Shown here one piece after another: positions 60,383-64,000 of a stretch of DNA of 64,000 bases (positions are counted from its first letter, which is position 1; every line of letters begins with the position of its first letter). The DNA is taken from contig BQFW01000013.1 in NCBI GenBank assembly GCA_020891255.1, forward strand, positions 124,001-188,000, written 5' to 3'. This DNA comes from Entomortierella parvispora E1425. Lineage: Eukaryota; Fungi; Mortierellomycota. The position numbers and the translations under genes are program-made. The notes under the pieces were generated by a model that saw only the letters and a list, made by a program, of their open reading frames with translations, ran no database searches and had not been told where the DNA came from.

Positions 60383-62860
60383 TTAGACAAACATCGACTC
60401 GGCCTGTGACAAGGTCAGACGGTAGTTGGGATCCAACACCAATAGTCCCTCCACCACCGAACGCTCTCTTGGATCATTGATATCGCTCAAACGGTCCTTC
60501 CAGGCATTAAACCGTCCTGTCGCGGCCTGGTCCGCAGCCTCCTCTGTCCTGAACAATGGCTGACCCGTCAAGACCTCGAAAAGCACACATCCTGCTGCCC
60601 AAGCATCCATCGCCGTCGTCGCCAATGTGGTGTCCAATTGCTGCTCCCGACGAGCATTCAAAAGCTCAGGTGCAAGGTTGCGCTCCACGGTGCCATTCTC
60701 CTGTCCAATCAAAGATCCCTGACGGGGTCCAACAGCCTCGTTTAAGAACCTCGATCCACCAAACGACCAAAGGACCCATTGACCTTCCTCGTTCATCACC
60801 AGCGATCCTGTGCAGATTGACAGATGGACAACATCCTTCTCATGACACCACACCAAGCCACGGAGCAAGGCCTTGGCCACCGCTACTTGATCCGAGCGCT
60901 CCAACAACCGGTGCTGAGCTGTCGACAACATGAAATCCAAGGTGGACTCGTGTGCATCCAGGACCAAGATATGGCGCCACTCGAGCGCGGCTGGAATGAT
61001 CATGGTCTGATGCAACGAAATGATCTTGGACGGGTTCACAATATGGTTCAACATGGCTGCCTCGCGCTGCCACACAATCTCGTCGCGGACCCACTTGAGC
61101 GTCACAGATTCAGCCGTGTCAACGTTCTCACCCAACTGAATCACCACCATCCTGGAAGAGACAGCGGTTTGACCGAGACGGTATTGGGACAACACCACGG
61201 CGCCCAATGGTGCATTCGGCACTGACTGAGCCACATCCCGACCAGCATAGCGAACGATGGGCACACGCAGCGTCAAGTTCTCCACGGGACGGTCGACAGA
61301 GACACTGTTCTGGTCACGAGGGGTGGTAGCGCTTGTAGTGGCCTCGTCATTCAAGAGCGAGTGCGTAGAGGCAAAACGTGGCTGATAGTTGCCCATACCC
61401 TGACCTCCCTTGGCATGCAGATCCCGGACGGCCATGTCCAGTCCATCCTGTTCCCGAGCACGCTCCTCAATCTTTTTGTTGCGTCGGTGGAACAGGACCA
61501 CAACGGCCATCAGAATGACCAAAGCGGCCGCTCCAACAGCAATTCCGATGATGGCTGGTGTCGACAATCCTTTGCTGGACGAATCGGGCGAGGGCGGTGC
61601 AGGAGGGGAATACACTGAAAAGGCTCCAGAGGTCTTGTCTGCAGCCAGGATGGTGTAGTTGCTGAAGTCCTTTCCAGCCTGCGTGCTGACAGTGGACAGG
61701 CCAAAGCTCCAGGTATTGTTCACAGGGTCCGCCAATCCTCCGTAGAGGAGTCCGTATGAGGTGGCGAACATGGTCGCTGTAGAATAGTCATACAGATGAG
61801 GCACTTTTCCTTCTGCATCCGAAGGGTAGGTTCGAGTCGAATTTTTGAAAAGCGTGGTCGAGTTGACTCCGAGGGACGCCGTGATGGTGTACTAGTAAGG
61901 AAGTAAAAAAAAAAAACCACAAAAAGACGTGTTGAAGTCGCGTTTAGTTTCTCCGCCCTGTCTCTCTGATTTTCAAATCTTCCGGTTTCTCCGCAAAAAG
62001 GCGCGTTTTTTTTCGTGGTACAGGAGAAAGAATGAAAACATACTGGGCTGTTGCTTCCAAAATAATAATCGTTTACGCTGTCTGAAGCATGGGCAATGGC
62101 TCCAAACCCAATGTAGGCCAAATCAGATGTATACAGAGCAATGTTGGTAGATGCGGTGGCTCCCAATGTAAAGCGAGCGACAGTAGTGGTAGAGGCCTTG
62201 TTGTAGACGACCACAAAGGAGCCAGTGTTCTCACGGATGATTGAGAAAATTCCTGTGGAAGGAACATCTTGAGGCACTTGACTATTGTTTAGAACAAGAA
62301 AAAAGAGTATTCGTTAATATAAAAAAAAAAAGATCAGAAAAGAGCCATCTGCATTCTTGAATAAAGTCCGACTGCACTCACGCTGGAGTAGGTGCAGAGA
62401 CGCCAGTAGCAGAGATATTGATAGTTGTCCAGTTGCCGTTGTTGAGACCCAACCACTCGAACTGTCCTGGCTGTCCCTGGACGGGCCACGCGACCTGCGC
62501 GTTCAAGGCCCGGCTGGCGTCCCAGGATCCAATGGGCTGAGGGGTGGCCAGGGAAGAATTTTGAGCATTGTCGAGGTAGACGTTCTCGTTAAAGATGTAA
62601 AGGAAGGTGGCCGATTCACTGTCAACAGCACAGACCATGCGACTCGTGGCCAAAGGTGTAGCGGTCCTGACGGTTTGCGAGAGAGGGGCAAAGTTGACAT
62701 TGGGGCTGGTGAAGTGGCCGCTGTTACTGACAGAGTACGACTGCAGGGCATAGGTGCTGTTGGCTGCAGACGCAGCGTACTCGAGTCCTACCAGGAAGAC
62801 CGAGTCATCCGTGGAGGCGAGACAAGGGTATCCCAGGTTGGGGATGTTGCTCTGTGACAT
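60383..62860 (-). CDS. Single-pass transmembrane receptor-like pseudokinase (about 741 aa from ATG 62860; true start may be upstream, e.g. in-frame ATG 63106)
   Basis: Exons 62860-62382, 62281-62044 and 61891-60383, all in frame. Beta-rich ectodomain, P/S stalk, TM AIIGIAVGAAALVILMAVVVLF followed by HRRNKK. Kinase fold: VTLK, QREAAML, HLSICTGS, WSFG, LAPE, DAWAAGCVLFEVLTGQPLF, LDPNYRL. Confidence 0.88.
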
Positions 62861-63852
62861 GATCACGCTCTCTAGAGGAGATGGATGAAGGAGAAAGATG
62901 AGATGAGGATGAAGAGTAGAGAAAGAGAAAGGGGACGAAAAGAGAAAGAGAGAAAGAAGGAATGCAATTAGACTCGAGTAGAGAGTGGGAACAGCAGAAC
63001 AGAAAAAGACAAGGAACAAAAGGCAAAGTGGGAAGAAGAATACAAAGGAACAAAGGATTGAACTGAAGGAGGGAAACAGATGGATGCCATGCAAACAATG
63101 GGACATGCCCACCCGCCCGAGACCATTGTTGTTCCTCAGCCCGAAGAGAAAGGGCTGGGCTTTGACGTGATAGTAGTCATTGTGGACACAGCGCCACCGA
63201 GGGGAGAGAGGCGGTTCTTTCGTTTAGAAGGAGATACTGAGGAGAAGAAGAGAGAAGAGAGAAGAGCAAAAGGAGAGAAGAGAGAACAAAGAGTGGAATG
63301 CCATTCCTCTGACCGACTGCAAGGAGCCAAGGTCCATCGCGGTCAAAGGGCACGCGCAAAGGAACAGACAAGCCGAAAATAGGGACTGTTGTGCCTGTAC
63401 CTGGATATTATTATTAATTATATGGAGAGGGAGTATTTTTGGAGCGGAACAGGTGAATATATGTGATGTGTGTGTACGAATGAGAGGAGGGGATGAAGGA
63501 AGTGATCAATCAGCAATGTGTGTGTGTGTGTGTGTTTGCCGAGTGGGGCCAAGGGAAGGGGGCGAGATGGAAGAGGAAGGAAGAAGATGAGGATGTAGGG
63601 ATGCGGGATGGAGAGGGAGGATGGACGCAGGGGAGAAGGAAAGAAAGAAAAGAAAGAGAACAGAGAAACGGGCACAGGGGGAGAAGCGTGTTTCTTCTTT
63701 CACTCGGTCTGAAAGGCATTCCGGCGACAGGGCTGGAGGAAGAACAGAAAGAGAGAGCACTGAGATAGAGGAAGGTGCTCTCTCGATGAATGGCTGGTTG
63801 ACTGGTTGACTTGGGTGCTCTCAATCCTTGTTTTCTCTTTTTCTCTTTTCTG

Positions 63853-63902
63853 TTGATGTTGCTGTTGCTGCTGTTGCTGCTGTTGCTGCTGCTGTTGTTG
63901 TT
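63853..63902. repeat. Imperfect (CTG/TTG)n microsatellite
   Basis: Directly visible, next to a minus-strand GTGAG donor-like site near 63912; probably in the 5' leader or an intron of the receptor-like gene. Confidence 0.85.
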
Positions 63903-64000
63903 CAGGGCTCACCGTCCTTTTTTTTCCTTCTCTTTTTGTTTCTCTTTTTCTCTTGTTCTTCAGATGGACAGCTCTCTCCAGGGCATGGCCCTCTTCTCTT

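Overview
Eukaryotic (fungal) genomic DNA with spliceosomal GT-AG introns, CT-rich UTRs and many long poly(A)/poly(T) tracts. Gene content (F-box/LRR family, a decayed WD40 gene with a NACHT-WD40-type C-terminus, an EHD ATPase, a DHX30-like helicase) is most consistent with an early-diverging fungus of the Mortierellaceae; this is inference. All gene models were built by hand from splice signals and reading-frame continuity. About 1-47 kb is gene-dense and mostly housekeeping: Ran1/Ksp1-type kinase, mitochondrial RNA polymerase, hotdog thioesterase, Sip5, EHD ATPase, glutathione peroxidase, RsfS/Iojap, gamma-COP, PPR protein, unknown membrane protein, SLC10A7/Rch1 transporter, DEAH helicase, F-box/LRR, endonuclease III, Yar1-like ankyrin protein. 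About 47-64 kb is gene-sparse and accessory-like, with decayed gene fragments. The strongest candidates for new biology are (1) a single-pass receptor-like pseudokinase with a glycosylated beta-rich ectodomain, TM helix and catalytically degenerate kinase, (2) an intron-containing Evf/Cyt-toxin-like gene, (3) an EHD ATPase whose EH domain is replaced by a C-terminal membrane anchor, and (4) an 8-Cys small secreted protein. No tRNA, rRNA, CRISPR array or intact transposon was found. Family assignments are from motif recognition, not database searches.
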